Positions 25,971 through 38,429 of a stretch of DNA of 64,000 nt are shown one piece after another (position 1 is the first letter of the stretch; every line of letters begins with the position of its first letter). Source of the stretch: Lama glama (taxonomy: Eukaryota); assembly GCA_028534125.1 (NCBI GenBank), contig CM052816.1:4776001-4840000 (forward strand), in the 5' to 3' direction. The notes under the pieces were generated by a model. The model worked only from the letters and a program-made list of their open reading frames with translations, made no database searches and was not told the origin of the DNA. A program made the translations under genes and the position numbers.

Positions 25971-26403
25971 AATCCATCAGAACCTTTTGGGAAATTATGT
26001 AGACTATTTGAAATCAATCCTCCATGACTGAAAGTGTTCATTTTGCTACTGTGGTCTTCCCCACAGGGCAGGACCAAGGTCAGCTTAATCCTACCATCTA
26101 CGCCTTTCTCATAACATTGGCCAGACCACTGCAACTCAAAGCCAAGGACAAACATAACCAAGTACAAAAGAACCTCTGTATGTCAAGGACACACATGCGT
26201 TGCTCATTTTTTTCTCCCTAAGTTTGGTATTCCACAAAGGTTTATTTTCCTATTTTCTAAATTAACCTGTGGAATGTTAACTATACTTTCTGACAGACCT
26301 AACAGCCACTTTCAGTGCCTAATATAACAGATTTTGTATGAGCTCCTAAATTTTGCCCCCAAACATCTACCTCTGGCATTTGTTAATACCAAATGCCTCA
26401 AAT

Positions 26404-26780
26404 CATAATAGTAGCAATAATAATAATAAATAATAATAATAATAATAGTAATGGCTAAAATTCATTGATCACTTATCATGTGCTTAGTATATATGTTAGG
26501 AGCTCTGCTATGCCCTTTCCATTAGTCATTTCCATTTCAGCTTCAGTTACAATTCTTTGAGGTCATGCAGCAATTGGGAGCAGGTTACAGATTAGAAGGA
26601 AGATAAACACACACACACAGGGACATGGACACACAAGGACACACACAACCTTTTCTTAATATGAGGAAGCTGAGACTAAAAGAAGTCAACGTATATAAGA
26701 TAATCTCATTAGTGGTAGAGACAAGATCTCCAAATCCAAACATGGGCAGCCTGACTCCAAAGCTCACGCTTCACCTGTCA
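26404..26780 (-). mobile_element. MIR with expanded (AAT)n tail and internal CA-rich tract
   Basis: (AAT)n at about 26416-26447; 'atgaggaagctgagactaaaagaagtcaac...ggcagcctgactccaaagctcacgct'. Confidence 0.7.
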
Positions 26781-27181
26781 CCCAGCACCTGCTATAACTG
26801 CAGAATTTTTGCACAGGAGAGACTTGAGGTCTTCTGCGTAAATCTCCTAATCACTACACGCTTGACAAGACGCCTCAGCTGAGTGACAGGGAGCTCACAG
26901 TCTCCTGAGACATCCCATTCTATCACAAGACATATCTAATTCTTTATTTAAAAAAAAAAAGAAGCAGCAGCAGCAGCTCTTCTTTCCACGTGTCTCTCCC
27001 TTTGTCTCTCCTCTGGAGTCACACACAATGGTGTCTCTCCCCCTCATCACAGGACAGCCCTTCCAGTCTGGGGAGCTGGACATCTCCTCTCTCCTCTTTT
27101 GGCTGGGTCCTTGACTCTTCCTGTGTGAAGGCTCTAAGATTCCTCAACATCCAAAAGGCCCTCATTTCAATACCTCTTTGG

Positions 27182-27860
27182 TTTTTTTATTTTATCAGTC
27201 AATCCTATGAGGTGTAACTTTCAATAGAAAGCACAGACTTTCCATATCACAATTTGGTGGCTTTTGACAAAATGTACACACCTATGAAACCCACACCCCT
27301 ATTAAAACATAAACTAGCTCTCAGAAAGTTCTCTGGTCTCCTCTACCAGGGAATTCTGATCCCACCCTCACCCTAGGGAACCACTGATCTGATTCCTATC
27401 ATCATAAATTAGTTTTTATCTATAATCATACACTAAGTATTCTTTTGCATTTAGCTTCTTTAACTCAGTATGATGTTTTGGGGATTCATCATGTTGTAAT
27501 TTATGGTAATGTGTTCCATTTTTGTTGCTGAGTAGTATTCCATCAGAGGAATACATGAAAATTTGTTTATCCATTCTCTTATTAATGAACATTTGATTAT
27601 TTCCAGTTTAAGGCTATTTTGGAATGAATAAAGTTTCTATGAACATTCTTACACAAGTTTTCATTTAGATGTATGTTTTTATTTCTCTTGGGTAAATACC
27701 CAGGAGTGGAATAACTGGGTTCAGATGGTAAATATATATTTAATTTTTAGGGAAATGCAATTAAAACCACAGATAGCTATCACTTCACACCCAGTAAAAT
27801 AGGTAAAATTTAAAAGACTGATGACCCTGAGTGTTGGCAAGGATGTGAAACAAAACTCCC
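27182..27860 (-). mobile_element. Old L1 with 5' inversion
   Basis: Antisense L1 3' end 27182-27749 abuts sense ORF2 fragment 27750-27860 (gggaaatgcaattaaaaccac...gtgttggcaaggatgtgaaacaa). Confidence 0.8.
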
Positions 27861-28339
27861 TTTAAAGGAAGACTACAAATTGCATATTCAACTAATGGTG
27901 TTGGCTGACCAGCTCTAGGCACAATTACCTCCTCTGTTCTGGGTCCTCAGCATCCATTCATTAACCCAGCTGGACTTTGTCCTGGCTCTGACTGACCCGG
28001 TCATCAGCTGATATTCTGGAGACCTTTCTATATCTACTGTTCTTAACCTTATTCCCTCAGATCTCTTGTATGCAAATAATTTTTCTAATCCAGATGCTAC
28101 ATGTAATTTTCCAATTTTAATCAACTTTGTAGTACATTATACTTGCCCCCATTATAATAGGGAAATCATGGTTTACCATCAAAGCAATCAAAGAAAGCAC
28201 ATAAGAAAAACTTCAAATGTTTATAAAATATCTATAAAACAATGTCTGTAGAGCAAGACAAAACCAAACAACTGAAAAGTAATAAAAGAGGAATACAAGG
28301 GACTAGGAATAAAAAATACATTAACTATATTTTAGTCTA

Positions 28340-28550
28340 GAAAACATTTCCTAGACATGATCTCATTTAATACCACGACCACTCTGTCAGGTAGGTGTTC
28401 ATACTGCTCCCATTTTGTAAACGAGAAGACAAGTTCAAAGAGGATAAGTGCTCAAGATCACACAACCAGTAAGACATCAAATCAGGACCTAAAACCAAGT
28501 TCATGACTGCAAACTGTGTGATTTTTTTCTGCTACATTGGCACAGCTCAC
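28340..28550 (-). mobile_element. MIR
   Basis: 'atgatctcatttaataccacgaccactctgtcaggtagg...ctcccattttgtaaacgagaa...caagatcacacaaccagtaag'. Confidence 0.75.
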
Positions 28551-28829
28551 CCTGATTACTTTAAATATCCCAGGAGTAACCCGAATCCATTTGCCCAATT
28601 TGCAACAGACTTACTGAGGACGAACTTTGGCCCTCATTTTATAAGCCTTGCTGGTTAAAGTTAAAATATGATATGTCTTTTGAAGCACTTTGATTAGCAT
28701 TTCCTTTATCTTTTTGTCTGAGCTCTGTGGCAGCCTGCCAGGCAGCCAGGAACACTGACAGAAGAGCCTGGAGACTTGCTTCCTTGTCCTGCCTCGGGCA
28801 ACCACAAGCTCTAAGACTCAACGGAGAGA

Positions 28830-29015
28830 GAATGTGCTGAGGGAAAAGAATGTGAGCTTTGGAGCCAAAAAAGACCCAACTTCAAGCAAGCTACTAACTG
28901 TGTAGCCTTGAGGGTATGATTTCACCTCTCTTAGTTTCCCCATCTATGAAATGGGATAACAATATCTATCTTGCAAACTTATCATGAAGATTAAATATGA
29001 TGACACGTGTAAGGG
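28830..29015 (+). mobile_element. MIR (interrupted by the solo LTR; tail resumes at about 29604-29640)
   Basis: 'ttagtttccccatctatgaaatgggataacaatatctatcttgc..catgaagattaaatatgatg'. Confidence 0.8.
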
Positions 29016-29599
29016 TGAAGGAGGATTAATAAAATGGCCGCACTTAGGCTAACAGATTGCTTATTCTTACGCTTGCCCTTAAAACAGTCAACTGACCTGA
29101 CTGACCGGTTGCTACTCACAGTTCCAGGCTTACTGTTAAAACTAAAGCTATTGATCTTACTGTTTCTACTTTATTCCAGTAATCAAAGCTATAATCACTC
29201 TTAGTCTCTGAGTCTCCAGGGAGATCACAGGACTATAACTTTACAAAATAGCCTGAATTACCAAGGAGACCACACCTGAGATGCTTACAAAGCGATGGAA
29301 ACAGTGACAACCACTAGCCTCAATAGAATTGGTCACCTGGAAGCATCATGATGCCACTCTAAGTCTTCTGATGAGAAAATGATCCTGTTGATTGTTACTA
29401 CTGCTTTACTGTTTGAGCTATGGCTATAAAACCACCCCACCGCACCCCCAAGGGGGGTTCACAGTTTTGAAGGAATTAGCCTGCTGTGAGGCCCCTTTGC
29501 CCAGCAAAGCAATAAAACTGCCTCTTTTCTTCTAAGATCCAAGATCTTGTCTCTGGGTTATTTGGCTCATCAGGGACGGGGGCGGATCTTGTGGCAACA
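29016..29599 (+). mobile_element. ERV1-class solo LTR
   Basis: TG...CA ends (tgaaggagg...ggcaaca), 4-bp TSD aggg (29012-29015 and 29600-29603), TATAAAA 29425-29431, AATAAA 29511-29516. Confidence 0.9.
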
Positions 29600-31238
29600 A
29601 GGGGTCCACCATACTGGATGCTCAAAGAACGCCACTGACATCAGAATCCCCACCACCACCATCATCATCATCATCACTTATTCCTGCCTCCAGGTGTGGC
29701 AAGATGAGCTTTAAGCCCATGAACTGCCTTGTCTGGTAGTCTTTGAGCCTATTTATGACTACATCTTTGTACGTGTAACAGAAAACACCGTTTGGAATTT
29801 TCTTTGACTTAGGTTCCAGATAACTGAGTGGTTAACATCTCACTCTGTGGAATGTTCATGTAGAAGTGTTTCCTTGACTCATGAATGGATCCATTTATTT
29901 ATCCATTATTGCCAACCCACTATGTGCCCAACACCTTTTTAAGCAGGGAATAAGCACCCAATGAACCTGACAATTATCCTGTTTACAGAAATATGCATAT
30001 TGTTTCCTGCAGGGGGCACTAAGAAACCAGTGCAGAGCCTTCCTAAAAGTAGTAATGCTCTTTTAGTGTCTGTAAATGTTTATCTGCTTGTGACAATCAC
30101 CATTCAGCGAGGATTCATTAGTCAAAGCTCCTTATTGTTCCAGAGATTGCACGTTTTGTGAAAAGGAATTTTTAAAAACAGGCATTAATTTGACAAAGCT
30201 GCATATTTGCTCAGATTAGAAGCTGCTCATAATAAGATCCCTAAATACAGAATTAATGAAATTGAAGTTGGATGCCAAAGGCAATACCAGTCCTAAACGC
30301 AAAACAACACAGAATTCAAAAGCGCGTTCTTTCTTTTCCAGGGGACTACAGGCGTGCCTGGCTCTGCACAAAGAGGCCATTCTGAACAATCCTGTGCAAA
30401 CTGTTTGCTTCTTAAATGAAAATCTGCTTCAAACATAAGTAAAGAGGCTAGTTCTTCAAAAGAAAACTATACCAAATGCTTTTGCAAAACTAAAAATCAT
30501 CTTGAAAAGTAAGTAATGATTCCTGAAATATATCTTACAAATCTAGGCTTTCCTGTCTCAAGGTTGCTTAATAAAACAAGGTATTCTGCGCGTTTTTCTA
30601 TGAACATTCTATTTAAACCTTCCATGCACTTGATTATTTATCATTATGGTCTGCAGTTACCAACAAAGTACAAAAATAATTCATTTCTACTTCATTTCAT
30701 TACACGGGCACATTATGAATGTAAGGAGATAAATGGCGATTTTCATAACATTTAGTTTTTCCACACAATGAATTAGCAGGAACTGAGAGTATCTGAAGGT
30801 TTAATTCAATGAACAACTCTTTTCCTAATTATGAAGGATTTGCAAGAAGGGCACAGCAGGAGGAGGGCCTGATGACAGGACTGGGAAGAACAGCCCGGCT
30901 TCCAGAACAGGAAATCTATTTGACTATCAATCTGCAAACTGTATTTTATTAAAAATGTAATTACCCACAGGACTCTTATTTGCAGAACCCATTGAAGGCA
31001 TATTGACATTTGGAGCTGTGTTAAGGTCTCTGAAGTCATCACAGAGCATTGGAACCTTCCTTATCTGGTTTACTGTTTGTGGAAGTTTTCTTCTCCTCAA
31101 AGGGCACAAAGGCCAGGAGGAAATTGCTTCATAACCACAGCTCCTCAGGTCAGTTATCAGAAAAGGGAGAAAACAGGTGCAGGGTCCTGGGATCCTTGTC
31201 TGCCTCTTTCTCAGCCCCTGTTCATTCTGCACGAAGTC

Positions 31239-31409
31239 CTGGGCCCGGCTTTGTGGGTACGTGTGCAACCTGGGCACAGAGCTCTGGGCTCTGAAGGGCC
31301 TCATGTTTGCTTCAAAATTTTGTTCGTCTTTAAATTCTTCATAGCTTTTTAACAAAAGACCCCACATTTTCATTTTCACTGGGCCCCCAAAATTACGTAG
31401 CCAATCCTG
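31239..31409 (+). mobile_element. MER45A hAT-Tip100 MITE
   Basis: ctgggcccggctttgtggg ... cattttcattttcactgggcccccaaaattacgtagccaatcctg matches recalled MER45A ends. Confidence 0.85.
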
Positions 31410-31519
31410 CCAAGCCTCACTGCATACATACACGCACACACCACACACACCACAGACATCTGTCTCCTCCAGGCCCTCAGCATAACCGCTTGTTCTCATC
31501 CCTATTAGGTTAAGATGGG

Positions 31520-31700
31520 GCAATACTGGTTGGGAATTAGAGGTCAGAGTGAGCTGCTTGGATTCAAATCCTCTTTCTTCTTCTGAGCTCTAAGACCATG
31601 ATTTCCTCATCCATATAATGAAGGTAACATTGGTGCCACCTTACAGGGCTGTCCGGAGAATTCAATGAGATAAGTGATGGAAAGCAATGAGAGAAGTGGG
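31520..31700 (+). mobile_element. MIR fragment
   Basis: 'ggattcaaatcct...tttcctcatccatataatgaagg...cttacagggctgtccggagaattcaatgagataa'. Confidence 0.65.
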
Positions 31701-32539
31701 GGTGCCTTATAGAGAAGCGTTCTTTCCATGGTAATCACAGCGATGAAGGGGAAGACCAGAGGGGGAAGACCACCGCCTTTCTGTGCCCTCCCAGGTTGAG
31801 TTCAGTGGCCTGTTTCATGCACCACAGTGAATACAGCATGATCATCCTACCCGAAATACAGTATCTCCTAAACCTCAGACACTCAGGTACCGCTTCCAGA
31901 TCTGCACTCGACCACTTCTACCACTTAATAGGTCTGTTGATCTCAACTTGCTCTTTTAAGAGAAATTGATTCACCTTACAAATAAACTTGCAATCACTAC
32001 TCGAAGTGGAAAACCAGTATCCCACATCAAAAAGGGAAGATCCTACACAACAGTTAACATCTTTAAATGTTTATTCACATACCAGCTAAAATCCTCTCAG
32101 GGATCACAGGGAAGCCCACATTGACCTTGTTTCCTCTTGCCCTGGGCTCCGAGCTCTTTAAGTGTAGGAACTGTGGTCTCACTTCAATTTCACCAGCTAG
32201 AGAACAAGGAACAAGAACAGCAGGTTCTCCGGAGCTGTTTGCTGAATGAATACTTGTTAACAAACTGAGAAGAATGATAGCCCCTTACAAATATGCTTAC
32301 ACTTTGCCAGGGAGTTTCCTAAGACCCTAAAACCTTTCTGTCCTACAGGGAATGGATTTCTTCAATGCAGCATTTGTCCAAATGTGACCTGAAAGCACCA
32401 GAATCACCCAGCGAGCTTGCTAGAGAGGCAGATTCCCTGGCCCCAGTCTGAAGCTCTGCACACAAAGCGCAGCTAATGGAAGAACTGTAGGCATGGACGT
32501 ACAGTCATAGTAAATGCTGTACTAAAATCAACTAACACT

Positions 32540-32725
32540 TAGTTGTGTTCCTCAAATGTACGGGCAATTATGCTAAGCATCTTACATACATTATCTAACT
32601 TAACCACTTAACAAGTCTATGAGGTAGGTACTTGCCAAAGTCACAGAACCACTGAGGGGCCAGGATGGGATTTAACCCAGGTAGCCCAACTCGAGAACCA
32701 AACTCTTATGGACCCTACTGTACTC
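32540..32725 (-). mobile_element. MIR
   Basis: 'ctatgaggtaggtacttgccaaagtcacagaacc...gggatttaacccagg'. Confidence 0.65.
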
Positions 32726-33305
32726 CTGGGGAGAGGGAAAGCTTCCACAGAAAGGTCTCACCCACGGACTCATCTATGGACCTTTGGCTCTCACCATGTA
32801 TTTTTCAGCTTATATGCTAAGACCCGCCTGCAGTTCAAGCAGAAAGCATCACCAAAAAAAAAAAAAAAAAAAAATTCTGTATCAGCTCATTGCATGCATT
32901 CAAACTGCATACTTGTCAGAGTTGCCTGAGTACATCTGAAATAAGAAAAGGTCTTTTATTACCAAGGGCATGGGGATCTTCATTACTGGAGAGGCAAAAG
33001 CTGCCCCTTTCAGATTCAGAAGACCCCACTGAGGAAGCTGGGGTCATTTACCTCCAACGACTGGCAGAAGATTCTCACAAGTGACGTGTCCCAGTCTGAG
33101 GCACTGAGTTCCCTGGCACCACAGATGAACAAGGAAGGGCTACAAACCACTGTCTAGATATTCTAGAAGAGATTTCTGCCCCCACTGGGGAATCAAGGTG
33201 GAACAACTCCTGAGATCTCTTCCGAAACTAACTGTTCAGGATGCTGTGATTTTGCAACTAGCAAAAAGAAGATCAACACTGTTTAAAACAGATGCATTTG
33301 TGTTC

Positions 33306-33364
33306 AGAAGGAAGAAGAGGAGGAGGAGGAAGAGAAGGAAAGGAAGGGAGGAGGGGGAGGAGGA
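33306..33364. repeat. Pure polypurine (GA/GGA) tract
   Basis: 59 consecutive A/G bases. Confidence 0.9.
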
Positions 33365-34099
33365 TGAAGCAAAAAGAGAAACGGGAAACCACTGGCTGGT
33401 TTTAGGAATCATTAAGGTCTCATGAGCACAAGAGCAGCGCAGACCAGGTGCAGGCACATTATTAATCATGAGTCAAAAGGAAAGCAAAAAACCCACTGAG
33501 TCGGGCGACATCCATCGTGGAAATATTTAGTGCAGCATGATTCCTGCTGAAGTCCTGACGTGGGAACCTGCAGTTCAATGCCCAATGGAAATAATTACCC
33601 TAGCAAAAGCTGAACACCATACACATCTCTTGTCCCACACAATTATCACTCTTTATGGTGGCAAGAAAGATTTCTAAATAAATAAATAAGAAGGTAACAC
33701 CAGCTCTTCTTGAGTCTTCTGATTTAATTCTGCCAAAGGGATGAAAACCATCCTCATGCAAACTAGATTGGTCAGTCAGGGATGGACAGGTGTTGCAGGT
33801 ACGAATACGTGGAGCAGGAGAGAAAAGAGTCAATTCTGAAATGATCACCAAGGGGAGAAAGTCCTGGAACGAGCGCCTTTCATGTGTTTCTGTCATTGCG
33901 AACTTGGTTTGGGTGCTTTGTTTAAAATCTCAGATGAAAAACTACATGTAAGCCACGTTCCCGGCGGTGGCGGTATTAAAAGTCACTTTACGAACGAATT
34001 GTTGTGAATACACAAATCATCCCTCTGTGTTAATGGCTTTCACGCGACTCAGATAGCTTTCTGTCTAGAGGGGACAGTAGCGAGCTTGGCCACGCTTTC

Positions 34100-35150
34100 T
34101 CTCCCTGTTGGTATTTTTGTTCACTTAGCTGGTTCTTTAGGAGCTGGCTGCTACACTGCTACTATTTTATTTCTCACTGCAATTTTCTCCTTTGTTAGTT
34201 TGTTTCTGGTCTATTTGTTGTATGAAACACTTAGATTTACTTCACATAAATGGAGTTATTTAGGAAATATGTTTTCTGAGATGTTTGCATGTCCTTTGGA
34301 TCCCTTCCTCAAAGAATACCATGTTCTCCGTGGCATAAAATTCTTCAATCTTAGCTAAATGCTCTCGGAACTCTGCAGGTCGAATCCACGTTCTTCTGAT
34401 GTGAGTTATTTATAGGGAGAAAACTGAAACTAAATTGATTTATGTCCTTTTAAAGTAACTTCTCTTCTTTTGTTTCCTTTTATTTTCTGTCTGAAGGCTT
34501 ATAGACGTCTCTACTCATTCCTGAAATTTAAATTCCTTACCAGGATTTGTCTTGGCATAGATTCTATTTAGGTTTGCCTGAAAAACCCTGTGACACACTC
34601 ACTTTCCATCCAAGGATTTTTTAGTTTAGGGAAGCTTTCTTCTATTATTCTTTCAATCATTGCATATAATCTGTTCCCTCTACACCTCTCTTCAAAAATT
34701 CCTATAATGTGTAGGTTAACTTGTGAGCTCCAGCTTCGAGATCTCTCCTTCCTTTTCATCCTTATCGCCCTTCCCTGCACTCTGGAGAACTTTCTAAAAT
34801 GTATCCCCTGTTCCTGATTAAATTTTCTGCAGTGTAGATTTTACTTGCCCGGCTTTCCACCAGCAACCCAGTTGTGATGTTCATTTCCTCGTACTTGCTT
34901 TTCATCCCAGACATTTACTCAGGATAAATTACCTCCCAAATTTTGTTTCTGTTCATCGGAAGGTTTATTCTTTCCCGAGTCTCTGCCACTGCACTCTTTC
35001 CCTCGGGCTGCATGTTCTCCCCCTACTGAGATCTTCATTTGGGGGATGGTCATGGGTATCTGTGCAATCTCTATGGCTTGATCTTCCCTGAGTTCTCATT
35101 TGGACAAGCACAGTTTACATACATATAGACTCTTGCTCTTTTAAATCCTG
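34100..35150 (-). mobile_element. Old L1/HAL1 ORF1 remnant
   Basis: ORF 34568-34780(-) contains 'NLHIIGIFEE...IERIIEESFPKL', resembling the L1 ORF1p RRM motif NIRIIGVPE...IIEENFPNL. Confidence 0.7.
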
Positions 35151-35198
35151 TGCTCACAGAGAACATGGAAACCTTGGCATGATGGAATCAGTTCAGCC

Positions 35199-35688
35199 TG
35201 AAAGATGGAAGAACATGCCCAAAATACGCCATTTTGGCGTAAGGATTATTCTGAGCTTAAGGCACTTTAAAAAGCCAGTGCAAGAAGGGCATTCTAATCT
35301 CCCCTTTTCTTCCTGAAAACAGGAGATAAAAACTTGTGTGTGAAAGATACCCTCCTGGTACCCGGAGAAAAGAAGTATTTTTCAATGGGGAATCATAGCT
35401 GAGAAAATTCTGTACAAACAGACTTTGTTAAAATAATTATCTTCCTCAGCCTCTCCACATAGTTTATTTTTCCACAACTGCTGCTCTTTGTTCAAAGGAG
35501 CACAAAAACATTTCAGTTTTGTCGGCTCCTTGGGTCTTCATTTCCTTACAAGGGTTCCCTTGTCACATAAAACCTCTATTAAATACATTTGTATGTTTTC
35601 TCTGTTCATCTGTCTTAGGTCGGTTTCATTCGCAGGTGCAGCCAAAACACCATAAGAGAATGGGGGTAAAATCTTGTTTCTCCTTCAA
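35199..35688 (+). mobile_element. MER34/MER39-like ERV1 solo LTR
   Basis: 'aacatgcccaaaatacgccattttggcgtaaggattattctgagct', 'gtcacataaaacctctattaaatacatttgtatgttttctctgtt'. Confidence 0.8.
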
Positions 35689-37184
35689 GTTAAAGGTTCC
35701 ACACTTGAATGCCCACAAGGGCAAGCGGGGATTTGGAAGCAAACAAGCAGAGGGACTTATGTCCTGACAGAAAGGCCACTACTGAGCACTAGCAGGAAGT
35801 CTGGATGTTTCAGCAATAAACCCAGATGTCGACATGTCAACAACTATTCAGAAATTTCTAAAACCATGATCCAAGCCACACAACACAGATCTGTGTTCTA
35901 GATTCAGCCTGGTGGCTGAATCCTCTGAGTTAACAGATAACACTGGTATCCTCGGAGTTAACGATCACTACTCAACCGGGGCTCTGTTAAGCAGAACCAC
36001 GCAGGCTCTCCACTTACACCTCAGCGACACACATCCTCACTTGGTGGGAATTCTGAGAAAGGGTTTCCACTATCAAGTGTGGGAGGCAGGGGTTAGATTT
36101 CAAAATATTTGTGATCTCTTCCAACCTCAGATCTAAGTTTCCTTGACCCTCTTACACCACTTGACAATTTCCCAAGCATCTGGGAAGCTTACTAAAGTCC
36201 TGTCCCTGCCCCAGGGTTAGCCCCAGGGTACAACATCACTAATGCCATTTTATGTCTTTCCTTCAACAAAGAGCTTCTCTTCTTTTTGTTTTAACTCTTT
36301 TATTATTTTTGACTCCAGGTGTTATCATAATGACATGCAATCAATATAACATGTATTAAAGAGATATGTTATATTCTTTTTCTAGATCAAGCCTGCAAAA
36401 TTATTTCCTTGCGGATTTCTCTCTGTTTTTCCTGGCCAGGTCTGGAACTGGCTTTTGATATTTATTCAAGTGAAAAGTATGTGTCAGCTATTTGAGACAA
36501 TAAGAACAAACTTTCTAGTTACTCATTTTCCACACCTAAAGGATGAAATGTATTTCCACATCCAGTTTCCCATCAGATTAGCATCTGAGCCACAAAGGCT
36601 GAGCTGCAGCCTGTGGTCCCAGCCGAGGAAGCCCTGGATCCCTAGCCCTTTCCGTGGTTACCAACTGTCTCTGGCACCACCTGCTGGCCATTCACTGCAT
36701 CCCTAGAGGTGTCCTTAAAGGTGACCCAGAATTCATTTGCCTGAAGGAGCAGAAATATCCCTAAGGCCAACATTCAAAGGCTCAGATGGACACCACAAGA
36801 AGTTCTTCCCAAGAGAATCTCCTCTCTGCTCATCCTCCTTCTGCTTTCTGGGGTCAAAACTTAAAAAAAAAAAATAAATGTAGCCACTGTGTTGTGTATG
36901 GTAAAACACCACATCCAGGACACCACCTTCACCATCTAAGTAGAGTTTAAGTGGCCTGCACTGCCTGACCTCGCAATAACCCACAAGTGGAGGGAGCTGT
37001 ACTGAACAGATCTGTGCCCAGCTCCTCACCACACCACTCCCAGTCGTGTGGCCTCAATAAAGGAGCTTCTCCCTCCAGCATGTTTAGAGACTGCTAGCTC
37101 ACTGCACACAACACTCCTCTCCAGCTCTCAAATCCTACGAGGCTGTAATTCTTAGCGCCAGGCCTTCTGGCTACTATCCAGACT

Positions 37185-37630
37185 CACGCTGTCCAGTAAC
37201 GGAACCGACCAGCCACGTGTGACTAGGGAACTTGAAATGTACTAGCCCAACCTGAGATGCACCACACACACAACATGCACAGCGAATTTCAAAGACTAAG
37301 TATGAAAAAAAAAAAAGAATATAGGGGGGAGGGTATAGCTCAAGAGGTAGAGCGCATGTTTAGCATGCATGAGGTCCTGGGTTCAATTCTCAGTACCTCC
37401 TCTAAAAATAAATAAATAAATAAACTTAATTATAAAAAAAAAAAGAATATAAAATAGCACATTCATAATTTTTATACTGATTACATGTTGATATGGTGGT
37501 ATTTTGAATATACTGGGTTAAATAAAATATTAAAATTAATGTCACCAGTTTCTCTTTATTTTTTTTATTGTAGCACTAGGAAATTTTAAATTCCATTCAT
37601 GGCTCATGTTATATTTCCACTAGACAGTGC
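37185..37630 (-). mobile_element. MER33 hAT-Charlie element interrupted by a SINE
   Basis: Ends cgctgtccagta ... ccactagacagtgc; internal 'tactgattacatgttga...gggttaaataaaatattaaaattaat'. Confidence 0.85.
37324..37433 (+). mobile_element. Vic-1-type SINE
   Basis: gggggagggtatagctcaagaggtagagcgcatgtttagcatgcatgaggtcctgggttcaattctcagtacctcc; TSD A(11-12)GAATATA at 37305-37323 and 37434-37451. Confidence 0.93.
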
Positions 37631-37939
37631 CAACTAAACACTTAAATATTTTAAGCACACAGTTATCTTAAACATCAGAAGAAGGAGCTCTGTCTCTCGG
37701 ACCTTTTTATTTGTTTTGTCCTTTCTTGTATGAGTCTCTGTGATAAATAAAAGATGCCTGGGTCTCCTGCTCACAGGATGGTCACTTTTGTCTGTCAGTG
37801 CCTTTGAATCTTGAAGATGGCTTTCCTCGACCTAGGGTCAGCCTGCCCAAGAAATCTTATGAAATCTCTCTCAGATGTCTTACAGAGGTGTGAGGTATAC
37901 TGGAAGGAGCTCTGATCCAGAGAGATAAATATACGGGAT

Positions 37940-38410
37940 CAGGAGAAATTCCAGAAGAATTATATATGATCTATATGCTTATTACAAATGTTCTCTCATG
38001 CTGGTAATCAAAGAAATACAAATTAAAACATGAGATTTTGTTTTTAGCCTATCAAGACACAGACTTTTAAAAAAATTACAGTCAGAGTGGGCAAGGGTAT
38101 GTGGAAATCAGTACATTTATTCCTTGCCTGGGGAGACTGAATTTTACACAGCCTTTCTAGAGGGTAACTTAGCTATATGGAAAAATGGCCTTAAAACTGT
38201 GCATGCCCTCTGAGCCAGCGAACCCACCTCTAGGAATGTCAGCGAAGGCAATCATCATTGTTGTGCGCAATAACTTGTCTGGAGGGACATTCATTACTTT
38301 GAAAATTATAACTAAAAAACATCAAACCAATAAATTTTTTAGATAAGGCATATTGAGTGTATGAATAATATGTCATCATTAAAAATCGTATTACAGAATA
38401 TTTAATGATA
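37940..38410 (+). mobile_element. Old L1ME-type ORF2 end (continues after L2 at about 39012-39043 and 39475-39690)
   Basis: 'ggtaatcaaagaaatacaaattaaaacatgaga', 'cagcctttctagagggtaactt..aaaactgtgcatgccctctgagccagcgaacccacctctaggaat'. Confidence 0.75.
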
Positions 38411-38429
38411 AACTCCTCCTCCCACCTCC

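Noticed and set aside
30927..31523. 198-aa minus-strand ORF
   Set aside because: Runs through MER45A and a CA tract, has a non-ATG start and no recognisable domain.
33198..33425. ORF with basic/acidic low-complexity stretch (RRKKRRRRK...EEGEEDE)
   Set aside because: Simply the translation of the polypurine tract.
37324..37400. Apparent tRNA-Ala(AGC) gene (also at 45-147, 10121, 45617, 52517)
   Set aside because: Five diverged copies with a shared non-tRNA 3' part, A-rich tails and TSDs; these are SINEs, not tRNA genes.
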